Below, one piece after another: positions 40,758-52,100 of a stretch of 64,000 nt of DNA. A model generated the notes under the pieces. The model saw nothing but the letters and a program-made list of their open reading frames with translations. It was not told where the DNA came from and did not search any database. How positions within the stretch are numbered: the stretch's first letter is position 1; each line of letters starts with the position of its first letter. Source of the stretch: Minisyncoccota bacterium (lineage in GTDB: Bacteria > Patescibacteriota > Minisyncoccia > UBA6257 > XYB1-36-10); assembly GCA_041651415.1 (NCBI GenBank), contig JBAZJH010000001.1, forward strand, positions 11,374-75,373, read 5' to 3'. The position numbers and the translations under genes were made by a program.

Positions 40758-41239
40758 AGTTTTTCAAAATCGCTTTCTGAAATCTTTTTTAAAACGAAGT
40801 CTTCGGCTTTTTTTCTGATGGCGGAATTTTTTCTGATGCCTATACGAGCGCGCCAAAAATTCTTGGTTTTGAGAGATTTTATAACCGATTCCACGCCTTT
40901 GTGGCCAGCAGAATTTTTTCCAAAACTAATTTTTATTTTTCCAAGTTCCAAATCGGAATCGTCGTGAAGAAGAAGGAGATTTTCCGGTTTGAGCTTAAAA
41001 AATTTAACAGCTTTCAGGACAGCTTGGCCGGACTCGTTCATATAAACAGAAGATTTGGCAAAAACAAAACCGCTTTCTTTTAAAAAAGAAAAGTCGCCGG
41101 AGGATTTGAATTTATCGTTTTCTTTTTCTTTAAGAAGAGAATCAAGAATAATAAATCCGGAATTATGAAAAGTTTTTAAGAATTCTTCTTTGGGATTGCC
41201 GAGGGCAAAAATCAATTTTATTTTGTTTAATTCGTCCAT
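40694..41239 (-). CDS. pth: Peptidyl-tRNA hydrolase
   Basis: LGNP, HNSGF, YMNESG, HDD, AGHKG. Confidence 0.93.
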   Translation of the reverse strand: MDELNKIKLIFALGNPKEEFLKTFHNSGFIILDSLLKEKENDKFKSSGDFSFLKESGFVFAKSSVYMNESGQAVLKAVKFFKLKPENLLLLHDDSDLELGKIKISFGKNSAGHKGVESVIKSLKTKNFWRARIGIRKNSAIRKKAEDFVLKKISESDFEKLYLVSALLKEKLKLNSTSGPA

Positions 41240-41344
41240 AAAAAGATTATAGTTTCAAAGAGTTTTTTTGGCAATTTTTGACGAGATTTTATTTTTGGCG
41301 TATTGTAAAAAGCAGAAAATTTGAAAAGGAAAAGGAGAAGGAAA

Positions 41345-42277
41345 ATGCAGAGAATTAAAAGAGTAAAGAATGAAGACGCGCCCAGATGGCACAGTTTGGG
41401 TATTTCGGAAGACAAAAAATCTTTTGTCATAAAAATAGAAAGGAATCTATTTTATGAGTGGATAGTAAAGCGGATGAATAATGATTCGCCTTTGTTAAAG
41501 TCTTTAGAAGGAACTTTTTCAGAGTTTCCTTTATTTTTTGAGAATCTTTTTGTTCTGCCGACAGAAGAAGAATGGGGAATTTGGGGAGTTTTTAAAAAAA
41601 TAGAGGAGGATGATGTTTGGGTTACTTTCAATTGCGAGCTGCCGAGAGTTTTGTCTTTTTTAGACAAGGAGGAACAAAAAAAGGCGCTTAAAATAATTTC
41701 CCTAATGGCTGAGGAAGTAGATTTTTTGAGTTATGAGACCGGGCTTGAAAGGAGAAACCATAAATTAGCTTTGGCTATCCGAGCGTCTCTTTTTGTCTTG
41801 TTCTTTTTTTTGGAATCGGCAGAGGAGGATTGTTTTCCAAGTTTTGAAAGAGTCGGCGGAAAAAAACAAATTCTTTTAATAAAGGATTTTCATTTTGAAC
41901 AAGAGATGCATGGCGGGTCTTTTTCGGCCGAACTTTCTCCTTCAGCCGTTTCTTTTATAAGAAGGAAAGTTAAAGAAAGCGGTTATGAACGAATATATCT
42001 TCCTTTTTTGAAAAAAGCTATGCTTTTTTGCCATAGGCATATATGGGAGGAAGAAGAGGGATGTTTAAAACTTAGAATAGAAGCTGAAGGAAGAGAAGAT
42101 GGAAGACTTTTTCTGTCTGTTCCGGGGGATGCTTGTGAACTTAATGCGGAAAATTATGAAACAATTGAAGGATATGGTTATGAAATGTTTCCTCACAATG
42201 TTGATGACTCCGTGCAACAGCTCACTCTTCTTTGTGGACTGGCAGCATTATCTGATTGGATAGAAAACGAAACTTAG
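41345..42277 (+). CDS. Orphan protein in a stand-alone SD-led cassette
   Basis: ttgacg-N17-tattgt, AGGAG SD, ATG at 41345, terminator hairpin overlapping the stop codon. Confidence 0.7.
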   Translation: MQRIKRVKNEDAPRWHSLGISEDKKSFVIKIERNLFYEWIVKRMNNDSPLLKSLEGTFSEFPLFFENLFVLPTEEEWGIWGVFKKIEEDDVWVTFNCELPRVLSFLDKEEQKKALKIISLMAEEVDFLSYETGLERRNHKLALAIRASLFVLFFFLESAEEDCFPSFERVGGKKQILLIKDFHFEQEMHGGSFSAELSPSAVSFIRRKVKESGYERIYLPFLKKAMLFCHRHIWEEEEGCLKLRIEAEGREDGRLFLSVPGDACELNAENYETIEGYGYEMFPHNVDDSVQQLTLLCGLAALSDWIENET

Positions 42278-42365
42278 CGCCCTTAAAAGGCGCTTTTCTT
42301 TTAAAACCGATTAAAATTTTCTAAAAGTTTTGACAGGATTTTGGTTTTTTGCTATAATTTGACAA

Positions 42366-42914
42366 ATGCGTTATTTTTTATCATCGCTAATAGAAACTTT
42401 GGAAGTCGCTTTAATTGCGGTGGTTTCAGTTTTAGTCATCAGGACTTATTTAGTTCAGCCGTTTCTTGTGAGCGGAGATTCGATGGAACCGAATTTTTCA
42501 AGCGGCAATTATTTATTAGTGGATGAACTTTCCTATCAATTCAGAAAACCGGAAAGAGGAGAAGTGATTGTTTTTAAATTTCCGGGCAATCCTTCCGTTT
42601 ATTACATAAAAAGGATAATCGGTTTGCCGGGAGAAAAAATAACGGTGAAAAACGGAGAAGTGGAAGTTTTTAGCGCCGGAAGTTCCGAAGGGAAAAAATT
42701 AGAAGAAAAATATATTCCGGTTAATTTCAGGACATCGGGAGAAGCGGATGTTGTTTTAAAAGACGGAGAATATTTTGTGATGGGCGACAACAGAATGTTC
42801 AGTTTTGATTCAAGAAGCTGGGGGCCGTTACCGAAAGAAAATATTATGGGAATCGCAAGATTTAATCTTTGGCCGCTTAGCGAAGCGAGAGCGGTTTCTA
42901 TTCCTTTGTATTAA
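42366..42914 (+). CDS. lepB: Signal peptidase I
   Basis: SGDSMEP, YIKRIIGLPG, GDNR..S.DSR.WG. Confidence 0.96.
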   Translation: MRYFLSSLIETLEVALIAVVSVLVIRTYLVQPFLVSGDSMEPNFSSGNYLLVDELSYQFRKPERGEVIVFKFPGNPSVYYIKRIIGLPGEKITVKNGEVEVFSAGSSEGKKLEEKYIPVNFRTSGEADVVLKDGEYFVMGDNRMFSFDSRSWGPLPKENIMGIARFNLWPLSEARAVSIPLY

Positions 42915-42946
42915 TAAAAGGAGTAAAATTTCTTTAATAAAGAAAT

Positions 42947-44332
42947 ATGAATAAAAAAACAGCGCCCCAAAAGAAAGAAAAAGATAAAATGATTTTAAAA
43001 AAAGAAATTCGGGACGATAAAGAAGGAGAGACGGAAAAGAAAGGAAAGAAAGCTAGGCAAACTTTTCAATCGGTGAAAGGCATTTACGAGATTTTGCCGG
43101 AAGAGTGGGTTTGGCGAGAAAAATTCGAAGCGATGGTTAAAGGAGTGGCTCATTTTTATGACTTTAAGAGAATTGAAACCGGAATCATTGAAAATGCGGA
43201 CCTTTTTACGAGGTCGGTGGGAGAAGGAACCGATATTGTAAAAAAAGAAATGTTTTTTCTAAAGTCTGGAGGAAGTCATGGCGACAAATGGGTGCTTCGG
43301 CCGGAAGGAACAGCGTCGGTGGCGAGAGCTTATCTGCAGTATGGATTTTCTTCCTTGCCGCAGCCGGTAAAACTTTTTTATTTAGGGCCGATGTTCAGAC
43401 ATGAGAATCCGCAGGCAGGGAGATATCGGCAGCTGACGACCGCCGGGTTTGAAATAATAGGCGGAGAAAATGACGCCGTTTATGACGCGGAAGTGCTGCA
43501 AATAGCTTTCAGAATAATGAGAGAAGCAGGATTAAAAGACGCGGTGGCGGAAATAAATTCAATCGGTTGCCGAGTGTGCCGGCCTAACTTAAAGAAAAAA
43601 CTTGTTAATTATTACAGTTCGAAAACGAGAAAAATCTGCAGAGATTGCCAAGAAAGATTAAAACAAAATCCATTCCGGCTTTTAGACTGCAAAAATGAAA
43701 TGTGCCAGGAAATAAAAAAAGACGCGCCGGTCTTTTTGGACGGGCTTTGTTCAGTTTGCAAACATCATTTTAAAAATTTTTTGGAATATTTGGATGAGTT
43801 AAAAATTCCTTATGAAGTAAATAATAATTTAGTAAGAGGACTTGATTATTACAGCCGGACGGTTTTTGAAATTTTTGTGCCTTCTTCGGAACAGGCAAAG
43901 CTAGCCGTGGCGGGAGGAGGAAGATATGATTATTTAATTGAAACTATCGGCGGAAGACCGACAGCCGGAGTCGGTTTTGGAATTGGAATTGAGAGACTGG
44001 TAAGCATAATCAGAGAAAAAGCGTTAAAGCCGCCAGCTAAGCCTAAAAACAGGATTTTCTTTATTCATGTCGGAGACGTGGCGAAAAAAAGAAGTTTGAC
44101 GGTTATTGAAGAGCTTCGCGAAAATGGCATAGCGGTGAGAGAGTCTTTGGGAAAAGATTCATTGCAAAAACAGATGAAATTGGCGGATGTTGAAGGAGTG
44201 GAGTGGGTTTTGATGTTCGGCCAGAAAGAGGTTTATGAAGAGAGCGTGATAATAAAAAATATGAAAACGGGAATTCAAGAAACAATTCTTTTAAGAAAAG
44301 TAACTGATGAATTAAAAAGAAGGATGAAGTGA
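42947..44332 (+). CDS. hisS: Histidine--tRNA ligase
   Basis: LRPEGTA, FRHENPQAGRYRQ, LVRGLDYY, GGGRYD. Confidence 0.97.
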   Translation: MNKKTAPQKKEKDKMILKKEIRDDKEGETEKKGKKARQTFQSVKGIYEILPEEWVWREKFEAMVKGVAHFYDFKRIETGIIENADLFTRSVGEGTDIVKKEMFFLKSGGSHGDKWVLRPEGTASVARAYLQYGFSSLPQPVKLFYLGPMFRHENPQAGRYRQLTTAGFEIIGGENDAVYDAEVLQIAFRIMREAGLKDAVAEINSIGCRVCRPNLKKKLVNYYSSKTRKICRDCQERLKQNPFRLLDCKNEMCQEIKKDAPVFLDGLCSVCKHHFKNFLEYLDELKIPYEVNNNLVRGLDYYSRTVFEIFVPSSEQAKLAVAGGGRYDYLIETIGGRPTAGVGFGIGIERLVSIIREKALKPPAKPKNRIFFIHVGDVAKKRSLTVIEELRENGIAVRESLGKDSLQKQMKLADVEGVEWVLMFGQKEVYEESVIIKNMKTGIQETILLRKVTDELKRRMK

Positions 44333-44333
44333 T

Positions 44334-44633
44334 ATGGAAAAAATACCGGTTAACAGAGAACAAAACAGAGAAGAGGTCGGCAGCGAATTCAATAAAATGG
44401 ATTATTCAGATTTTGTTCGTTTTTTGCGCGATAAAATTAAAGAAAATGAAAATGCGCGATTTTCTATAGAAGTCGATTGGGCGGGAGTAGAAAAAGCTCG
44501 AGCGCTAAAAGCGCTTTTAGACCAGTATTCTTCCAGATTGCATATTGATTCGGCGACAATAAGAGCCACTCCCGAACAATATAAAGAGGATGTGAATGTT
44601 TTCGAATCTGGCGTAAAGTGGGAAAAAATTTAA
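44334..44633 (+). CDS. Hypothetical protein
   Basis: 99-aa ORF tightly packed in operon. Confidence 0.6.
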   Translation: MEKIPVNREQNREEVGSEFNKMDYSDFVRFLRDKIKENENARFSIEVDWAGVEKARALKALLDQYSSRLHIDSATIRATPEQYKEDVNVFESGVKWEKI

Positions 44634-44654
44634 TAAATTTTACATTATTTGATT

Positions 44655-45071
44655 ATGGAAAATTGCTTGTTTTGCAAAATAGTTCAGGGAGAAATAAAGG
44701 GAGATATTATTTATGAAGATGAAAAAGCTATGGCGCTTCTCGATATAAATCCGCGAGCGCCAGGGCACGCTTTTGTTATTCCGAAAAAACATTTTGAAAA
44801 TTTACTGGAAGTTCCAGACGGGGAGCTTGGCGGGATTTTTTTAGCGGTTAAAAATACGGCGGAAAAATTGAAAGAAAAAATGAAGGCGGACGCGCTTTCT
44901 ATCGGCATAAATAACGGACGGGTTTCCGGACAGGAAATTGACCATCTGCATATCCATATAATGCCGAGATTTAAAGGAGACGGGGGAAATTCCTGCCAGT
45001 CGATAGTGGCTAATATTCCGAGCGCGGAAGAAAGAGAAAAAATAAGAGGGATATTAAAAATGATTAATTAA
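44655..45071 (+). CDS. HIT family nucleotide hydrolase
   Basis: CLFCKI, DINP..GH, HLHIHIMPR. Confidence 0.95.
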   Translation: MENCLFCKIVQGEIKGDIIYEDEKAMALLDINPRAPGHAFVIPKKHFENLLEVPDGELGGIFLAVKNTAEKLKEKMKADALSIGINNGRVSGQEIDHLHIHIMPRFKGDGGNSCQSIVANIPSAEEREKIRGILKMIN

Positions 45072-45165
45072 GGAATTTCTAATAAATGAGGAAATTCAGA
45101 GAAAAATTGTTTTAAAAAAAACGGGGTTGACGGGAGCTGTTTTTTTGTCTAAACTTAGAAACACT

Positions 45166-45375
45166 ATGGAAATCAGAAAAAAAGAAGGAGAGGCGGCAAC
45201 CTCTTTAATGTTCAGATTCAATAAAAGAATCCGCCAGAGCGGAGTTTTAAGGGAAGTGAGAAAAAGAAGATTTAAGGACAGGGACCAGAATAAAACAAAA
45301 AGAAGAGCTTCGGCTATTTATAGAAGCGTAAAAAAAGACGAAGTTTTGAGGCTTAAGAAACTTGGTAAAATATAA
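45166..45375 (+). CDS. rpsU: 30S ribosomal protein S21
   Basis: EIRKKEGE..RFNKRIRQSGVLREVRKRRF; upstream of yqeY. Confidence 0.85.
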   Translation: MEIRKKEGEAATSLMFRFNKRIRQSGVLREVRKRRFKDRDQNKTKRRASAIYRSVKKDEVLRLKKLGKI

Positions 45376-45441
45376 GGCGCAAAGCGTTTTTTTGAAAATT
45401 TCAGTTTAGCTTTAGCAAATTAAAGAAAGTTTGCATTTTAA

Positions 45442-45891
45442 ATGACAATAAAAGAAAAAATCCAAGAGGACTTTAAAAAGTTTTTTAAGGAAAGAAAAGA
45501 AGAAATTTTCGGCACTTTAAGAATGGTTTCGGCGGCAATTGCAAATGCGGAAATAGAAAAAAGAGGGAAGGGAGAAAAGGGGGAGATGACAGACGAGGAA
45601 GTTTTGGCGGTTTTGAGAAAAGAATTAAAAAAGAGAAAAGAAGCGGCCGAGCTTTATAAAAACGGTGGGAGAGAAGAATTGGCGCAGAAAGAAGAAGGGG
45701 AAGCAAAAGTGATAGAAGAATACTTGCCAAAAAATTTATCCAAAGAAGAAATCGAAAAAATAGCGGAAGAGGAAATTGCGAAAGGCGGAAAAAATATGGG
45801 AGAGATAATGAAAAGGATAATCGAAAAGGCAGAAGGAAGAGCGGAGGGAAAAATGGTGGCGGAAATTGTTAAAAGAAAAATGGGATTATAA
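45442..45891 (+). CDS. yqeY: GatB/YqeY domain protein
   Basis: KKRKEAAELY..GGREELAQKE..YLPK. Confidence 0.92.
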   Translation: MTIKEKIQEDFKKFFKERKEEIFGTLRMVSAAIANAEIEKRGKGEKGEMTDEEVLAVLRKELKKRKEAAELYKNGGREELAQKEEGEAKVIEEYLPKNLSKEEIEKIAEEEIAKGGKNMGEIMKRIIEKAEGRAEGKMVAEIVKRKMGL

Positions 45892-46297
45892 AAAAGTGAT
45901 AAAGTTTTTTTATTCTTTAAAAAGATTTGAGCTTTTAAAAAAAGAAGCGGAGAAAGCGGCAAAAGCCGTTTTGAAAGGAATAAGAAAGAAAGGAACAGTG
46001 GAAATATATTTTGTGAAAGACGAGGAGATGGCGGAAATCAATAAAGCTTCAAGAGGGAAAAGGGGACCGACCAATATTTTATCGTTTGAAGCAAAGGGGA
46101 AGTTTCCCAGACCGGATTTAAAAGAGCCCTTTTTGGGGGAAATTTATGTTGCGCCGGACTATTCAAAAAGGAAAGAAGATGAGTTAAAATTACTTATTAT
46201 ACACGGGGTTTTGCACCTATTGGGTTTTGACCATAAAACAGAAAAAGAGGCTTCTTTAATGGAAAAAAAGGAAGACCTTTTTTTAAGTAAAATTTAA
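45866..46297 (+). CDS. ybeY: rRNA maturation RNase YbeY
   Basis: PTNILSF, LGEIY, HGVLHLLGFDH. Confidence 0.93.
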   Translation: MLKEKWDYKKVIKFFYSLKRFELLKKEAEKAAKAVLKGIRKKGTVEIYFVKDEEMAEINKASRGKRGPTNILSFEAKGKFPRPDLKEPFLGEIYVAPDYSKRKEDELKLLIIHGVLHLLGFDHKTEKEASLMEKKEDLFLSKI

Positions 46298-46387
46298 GCG
46301 TCTTTTTCTTTTTTAAGGCAAGAACAAAAGGACTTTTAAAGTCTTTGTTTTTTTTGTATAGTAGAAGGGAATTAAAATATTGGAAAT

Positions 46388-47608
46388 ATGGCAAGATTAA
46401 TAACAGGATTAGATATTGGAACGGCTTCCATAAAAGTGGCAGTAGCGGAAGTCGGAAAAGAAGAAAAGCCGAAGCTTATTTTTTTGTCCAAGCAAATTTC
46501 CGCCGGAATGAGAAAAGGAACGGTGGTTCAATTTGATGAGGTGGAAAAATGCGTTTCAGCGGCTCTTTTGAAAGTGAAAGGAGCGGCAAAGGGAGCTTTA
46601 AAAAATATATTTTTGAATGTCGGCGGAACGAAATCAAGAACTCAAGTTTCGAGAGGAGCGGTGGTGGTTTCAAGAGCGGATAGCGAAATTTATCAGGACG
46701 ATATCGAGAGAGCGATAAAAACATCAAAAGATTCGATTGTTTCTCATAACCGAACAATAATTCATACGATAACCAGGAATTTTATTGTGGACGGAATGCC
46801 GAATATTGAAGACCCGATTGGTCTTTCCGGTAATCGTTTGGAAGTGGAGAGCTATATTATAGATTCTTTAGCTCAAGATTTGAGAAGTTTGGGAAAGGTG
46901 ACGGATAAAGCGGGAGGCGTGGTGGGGGGGCTTGTTTATAATCCAGTGGCAACCAGCCGCTCGGTTTTGAATAAAAATCAAAAAGATTTGGGAGTAGTGA
47001 TGATTGATATAGGATTCGGAACAACGGGAGTGGCGGTTTTTGAGGAAGGGAAAATGCTGCATTCGGCGGTTTTGCCGGTCGGTTCGGCCAATATTACAAA
47101 TGACTTAGCTATCGGATTGAAAGTTCCGATAGAAGCGGCGGAAGCGATGAAGATTTCTTCCGGCTACGCGATTTCCAAAGATATTTCGATAAAAGAAAAA
47201 TTGGATTTAAAAAAGTTTGACGCGGGAAGTTCGGGAACGGTAACAAAAAAGTTTTTTTCGGAAATCATAGAAGTGAGATTGGCGGAAATTTTTGAACTGG
47301 TCAATAACGAACTTAAGGCGATAGGCAAAGAAAAAAATTTGCCGGCGGGAGTGATATTATCCGGCGGCGGTTCGAAAATGCCGGGGATTGTGGAATTGGC
47401 TAAACGCGAATTGCGTTTGCCGGTTCAACTTGGAACACTGACGCCGGAAGCGGTTTCTTTTGCTAATAAAGAAATAGAAGAGAAAGTGGAAGACCCGGAA
47501 TACATAACGAGTTTAGGGCTTGTGCTTCAAGGTTATGATGATATGATGGAGCAAAAGCCGAGAGTGGGAAACGCTTTTTCAAGAATTTTAAATTATTTCC
47601 TTCCGTAA
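46388..47608 (+). CDS. ftsA: Cell division protein FtsA
   Basis: GLDIGT, IDIG.GTT, ITNDLA, LSGGGS. Confidence 0.96.
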   Translation: MARLITGLDIGTASIKVAVAEVGKEEKPKLIFLSKQISAGMRKGTVVQFDEVEKCVSAALLKVKGAAKGALKNIFLNVGGTKSRTQVSRGAVVVSRADSEIYQDDIERAIKTSKDSIVSHNRTIIHTITRNFIVDGMPNIEDPIGLSGNRLEVESYIIDSLAQDLRSLGKVTDKAGGVVGGLVYNPVATSRSVLNKNQKDLGVVMIDIGFGTTGVAVFEEGKMLHSAVLPVGSANITNDLAIGLKVPIEAAEAMKISSGYAISKDISIKEKLDLKKFDAGSSGTVTKKFFSEIIEVRLAEIFELVNNELKAIGKEKNLPAGVILSGGGSKMPGIVELAKRELRLPVQLGTLTPEAVSFANKEIEEKVEDPEYITSLGLVLQGYDDMMEQKPRVGNAFSRILNYFLP

Positions 47609-47621
47609 AAAAACCGCAAAA

Positions 47622-48854
47622 ATGAACAAAGAAAATAAATTTAACCAAACAAGCGGCAAGAAGCAGGCGTGGCAGTATGGGGTAAAAGTGAAAGTGGTGG
47701 GAGTGGGCGGAGGAGGCGGAAACGCGATTTCCCGAATGAGTAAAGATTTTATAAGAGGAGTGGAGTTTATCGCTATAAACACTGATATGCAGGATCTGGA
47801 ATTCTGCGAAGCGAGAAAAAAAATCCACATCGGAAGAAATTTAACAGCGGGACTTGGAGCGGGAATGAATCCGGAGATTGGAGCAAAATCAGCCGAGGAA
47901 AACAAAAACGATGTGATTGAAGCTTTGGAAGGAGCCGATTTGGTTTTTTTGACGGCTGGGTTTGGAGGAGGAACGGGAACGGGGGCACTACCGGTAGTAG
48001 CGGAAATCGCCAAAGAATTGGGAATCTTAACGATTGCGGTTGTAACTAAACCGTTTTCTTTTGAAGGAGCGCAAAGAAGTAAAATTGCTCAGGAAGGCAT
48101 AGCTAGATTGAAAGATAAAGTTGATGCTTTAATTGTGGTGCCGAACGACAGAATTTTTTCAATAATAAACAAAGACACGCCGATAATTAAGGCGTTTATA
48201 GAAATAGACGAAGTTTTAAAAAATGCGGTGCAAGGTATTGTGGAATTGATTGTGTCACCGGGAATAATAAACGTGGATTTTGCCGATGTGCGAACGATTA
48301 TGTCAGGAGCCGGTTCGGCAATTGTCGGAGTGGGGGTGGCTTCCGGACAGGAGCGGGCGACAGACGCGGCAAGACAGGCTATTAATTCGCCGCTTCTCGA
48401 AGTGGCGGTGGATGGAGCAAGAGGAGTTTTATTCGGAGTATCCGGAGGACGAGACATAAAAATGACGGAGATAAATGAGGCGGCAAAAGTGATAACGGAA
48501 TCGGTTGATCCAACAGCTAAAATAATTTTCGGGGCTTATAATGATAAAAAATTGAAACAGGGGCAGATGAAAATAACTTTAATTGCGACTGGATTTTCCG
48601 GAACGCGGCCGCCGGTTTCTTCACTATTTAATCGGGGAGAAAGCGTCGGAGCGCAAAATACGGCGGAAACAATCGGAGCTTCCAGTATTTTCAGAAAAGT
48701 GACAGATAATAGCATGCCAATCTCTTCTTCGCAGAAAGAAAATCTTTTTATAGGAGGGATTTCCAGAATAAACGGACGGGAAGAAAAAGAAAAGAAAGAA
48801 GAAACGGGAAGCATGTGGGATATCCCGACGTTTTTAAGAAGAAAGAAAAAATAA
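47622..48854 (+). CDS. ftsZ: Cell division protein FtsZ
   Basis: GVGGGGGNA, GGGTGTG, NVDFADV, DIPTFLR. Confidence 0.99.
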   Translation: MNKENKFNQTSGKKQAWQYGVKVKVVGVGGGGGNAISRMSKDFIRGVEFIAINTDMQDLEFCEARKKIHIGRNLTAGLGAGMNPEIGAKSAEENKNDVIEALEGADLVFLTAGFGGGTGTGALPVVAEIAKELGILTIAVVTKPFSFEGAQRSKIAQEGIARLKDKVDALIVVPNDRIFSIINKDTPIIKAFIEIDEVLKNAVQGIVELIVSPGIINVDFADVRTIMSGAGSAIVGVGVASGQERATDAARQAINSPLLEVAVDGARGVLFGVSGGRDIKMTEINEAAKVITESVDPTAKIIFGAYNDKKLKQGQMKITLIATGFSGTRPPVSSLFNRGESVGAQNTAETIGASSIFRKVTDNSMPISSSQKENLFIGGISRINGREEKEKKEETGSMWDIPTFLRRKKK

Positions 48855-48911
48855 ATATAAATAAATTTTACGAATGAAAGGTCTTGAAATTTCGTTATAT
48901 GAATAGTGAGT

Positions 48912-48946
48912 TTGTCGATTATTGTCCGATCGGACAATAATCGACA
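48912..48946. repeat. Palindrome, copy 2
   Basis: ttgtcgattattgtccgatcggacaataatcgaca. Confidence 0.8.
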
Positions 48947-49107
48947 GGTTTTGTATATTTTCTAAAAAACTTTTAAGATTGTTCTAAAATTAACTTATTG
49001 AATTTTTACCTTTTTAACCTTTAAACTAATGCGCGAGGTTTTCGCGGAGATTTTAAAAAAAGATGCCCTTCAACGAAAACATTGAAGGGCATTTGATTAT
49101 CGGCAGA

Positions 49108-52100
49108 TTATTCTTCGTAAAAAGGATAACCGGACGAGTTAATAATATTCATTTCCGTTCCTTCTATTTTAGAAAGTTTTTCCAAACTTTCGAAGGAAGG
49201 AAGGAAGTAATTAACTTCCGGAATAATTTCTTCTTCGGTTGGAGAAACTTCTTTTATTAAAGAATTTCTCGAAGAAGATTTCGCCGCCGGAAGCTTGGCG
49301 AACATGTCAAGGAGCGCGGCGCGATGCCCGCTCCAAACATCCATATTGATTTCATCGAATGATAATAATCCGACGTAATCAATAAGAAGCATGGGAGAAG
49401 CGCCGTTTTTACCTTGGACGAAAAAATGAATTCCGTCGGTCACGAATTGTTCTTTTCCGATATCTTCGGGAGGGATAATCTTGTAAATCTCCCTAAGGTC
49501 GAAAGTCACAAAGTGACCGATAAGTCCGCCAACTGAATCTATGGCAGGCATTGGCAAAGAAGCTGGCGCCAGCCACTGCATTACGCCTCTTTTATCGCGA
49601 TACCCCGCGATAGGAAGAACTGCAGTGTTTACCCCTTCCGAATTTTCCGTATACATACCGATAACTATAAAAGGTTTAACTTCGGTATGTACAAAGAAAT
49701 AGTACTGGAAGAGGGCCGGGTAATTTTCCGGAGACCCGTCGGCAGACAGAACTACATATCCGTCCGGGTCAGCTGCCTCGCTTTTGTACCACCAGTTGAC
49801 TTGCGAGTTTTCCGCAAGCCAAACTGGGTAATTACTCCAGCCGCCAGCTCGGAACCATTTCGTCATTGCTTCCGTGGGGAAGTAGTTCCACCACGGCGCT
49901 CGGTCATTCCATGGAATCATGGTCGGACTGGGCGTTGGCGGAATTGGCGTTGCGGTTCTGGTCGGAGTTGGCGTTGCTGTCGGAACCATTGGTGTTGATG
50001 TTGCTATGAGTGGTACAGGCGTTTTCGTCGGCTTCGGCGTTGCGGTCGATGGCAATGATGTTGCTGTTCTTGTTGCGGTTGGCGTCGCTGTCGGCGGCAC
50101 TTTTGTCGCCGTTGGCGGCATCGGAGTTTTTGTCGGCGGTGCGAGTGTATTCGTTGCTGTTGGCAGCGCTGGTGTCGAACCCGTAGAAACTCTGTCTAAA
50201 ATTCTCCACGTAGCTCTACTACCGGTTTTTATTTCCGCCAAGCGGAAATAATAATACTTTCCTGCCTGCGGACCGGAAATATAATTAGGATTAGTCAGAA
50301 GTCCATTTGGTCTCCAGACAAACCCGTTTACATCTCCGCTGCCGGTTCTTCCTAGATAGAAATAATTCTTCCCATCTTCGGAAATGTAGATGTGATGGTC
50401 AGTCTTTCCCGGAGTTAATGTCCAGGCAAGACCAATTTCACTCCCGCCTTTCATGAGAACTGTTTCACCTTCTTTTAGAAGGTAAACAGACGAGCTATTC
50501 TTCGAAGGATAATCTCCTTTTTTCAAAATCGCGAATACCCTAAAGCTGTATTCGTGGCCGTATTCCAGATTTTGCTGGAATAAGCCGGTTGCGCTTGTTT
50601 TTCCCATGTATCCTTTCGAGATTTTATCTTGAAAAAGATACACATGAAATTCAGAGACCATCGGATTTAAATAATCCGAAACAGAAAGTCCCAGAATTCC
50701 GGATTCTCCGCTATCGACATCGATGGCGGAAGAAAGAGAATTTCCTCCAATCTCGTCTAAAACACTCACTATTCCGCTCCAAGGTTTTGGAGTGGGAATA
50801 GCTGTTGGAATTCTTGTCGCAGTTGGCGGCACTTTCGTTGCTGTCTTCGTCGCTGTTGGCGGCACCGGCGTTTTAGTTGCAGTCGGTGTCGCTGTTGGCG
50901 GAACACTTGTCTCTGTTGGCGGCACCGGCGTGTTAGTCGGTACTACCGTCGGCGGAACATTTGTTTCCGTCGGCGTCAGAGTTGAAGCTGGTAAGGGCGT
51001 TAGATAAACGTAAACCACAACCGGTGTTTGTGTTGGCGGCACCGGCGTTTTAGTTTCAGTCGGTGTCGCTGTTGGCGGCAAAATTGGAGTTTTTGTCGGC
51101 GGCACCGCATCGAGAACCGTAATAACAATATTACGATCTTCTGATTTAGCCCCATGTTCATCCGTCGCAATAATTTTCAGAACATATTTCCCACTTTGTT
51201 CAAAAGTAGGCGTCCAAGAAAATCTTCCGGCAGGAGTCTCAAAAGATGATCCTGTCGGATATTGGACAGCAGATAAAAAAAACCAATCGCTGTCTTCGTC
51301 TGTGACTTGCACGACAAACGACAGTAATTCTCCCTCGTTTATCGTCATGTCGTTTATGTGAACGACAGGCGAGTGGTTTCCAGGAACTGGCTGCGCCGGT
51401 ACCGAAGTCGCGGTCGGCGTAAAAGTATTCGTCGGCTGCGGTTGTACAGGCGCTGGCGTATTTGTCGGAGCTAACGGTACTGATGTATTAGTCGGCACCG
51501 GTACTGAAGTTGCAGTCGGCAGAATCTTCGGAAATACATACAAATTTACGTCTTTGTATGTAGTTAAATTTCCGTCGGTTGCCGACAGTTGTAAAATAAA
51601 GTTTCCGCTTCCAATTTTGGAAGTATCCACCGTAATTACAACTTTCCAGGCACCGAACACCATAACGTCTACCGGAACGCCAGCAAAGTTTAAGTTCACC
51701 GAATCTCCTGGATTTTTATCTTCTAAAAGAATGGTAAGAACAAGTACTTCTCCTTCCTCTAAATCGTAATTCACTATTCCTCCTTCAATAGTTATTGAAG
51801 GAGCAATATTTGCTGGAAGGGGAGTGTTTGTTGATGTCGGCATAACCGGCACTGGTGTATTAGTTGGGACTAATGGCACTGGTGTGTTCGTCGGAATGCC
51901 AACTGGCGTGTTTGTCGGAACGCCAACTGGCGTGTTTGTTGCAGTTGGTGTTGGCGGCAAAATTGGTGTCGCTGTTGGTGGGATTGGTGTTGCAGTTGGA
52001 GTTGAAGGAGAATTAAATTCTCCGGCATCTCTTGACACTCCATCAACTTTTAGGTTGCGGATATACAGGTTTCCAGTTCCAGATTTTAAGAAACTGAATT

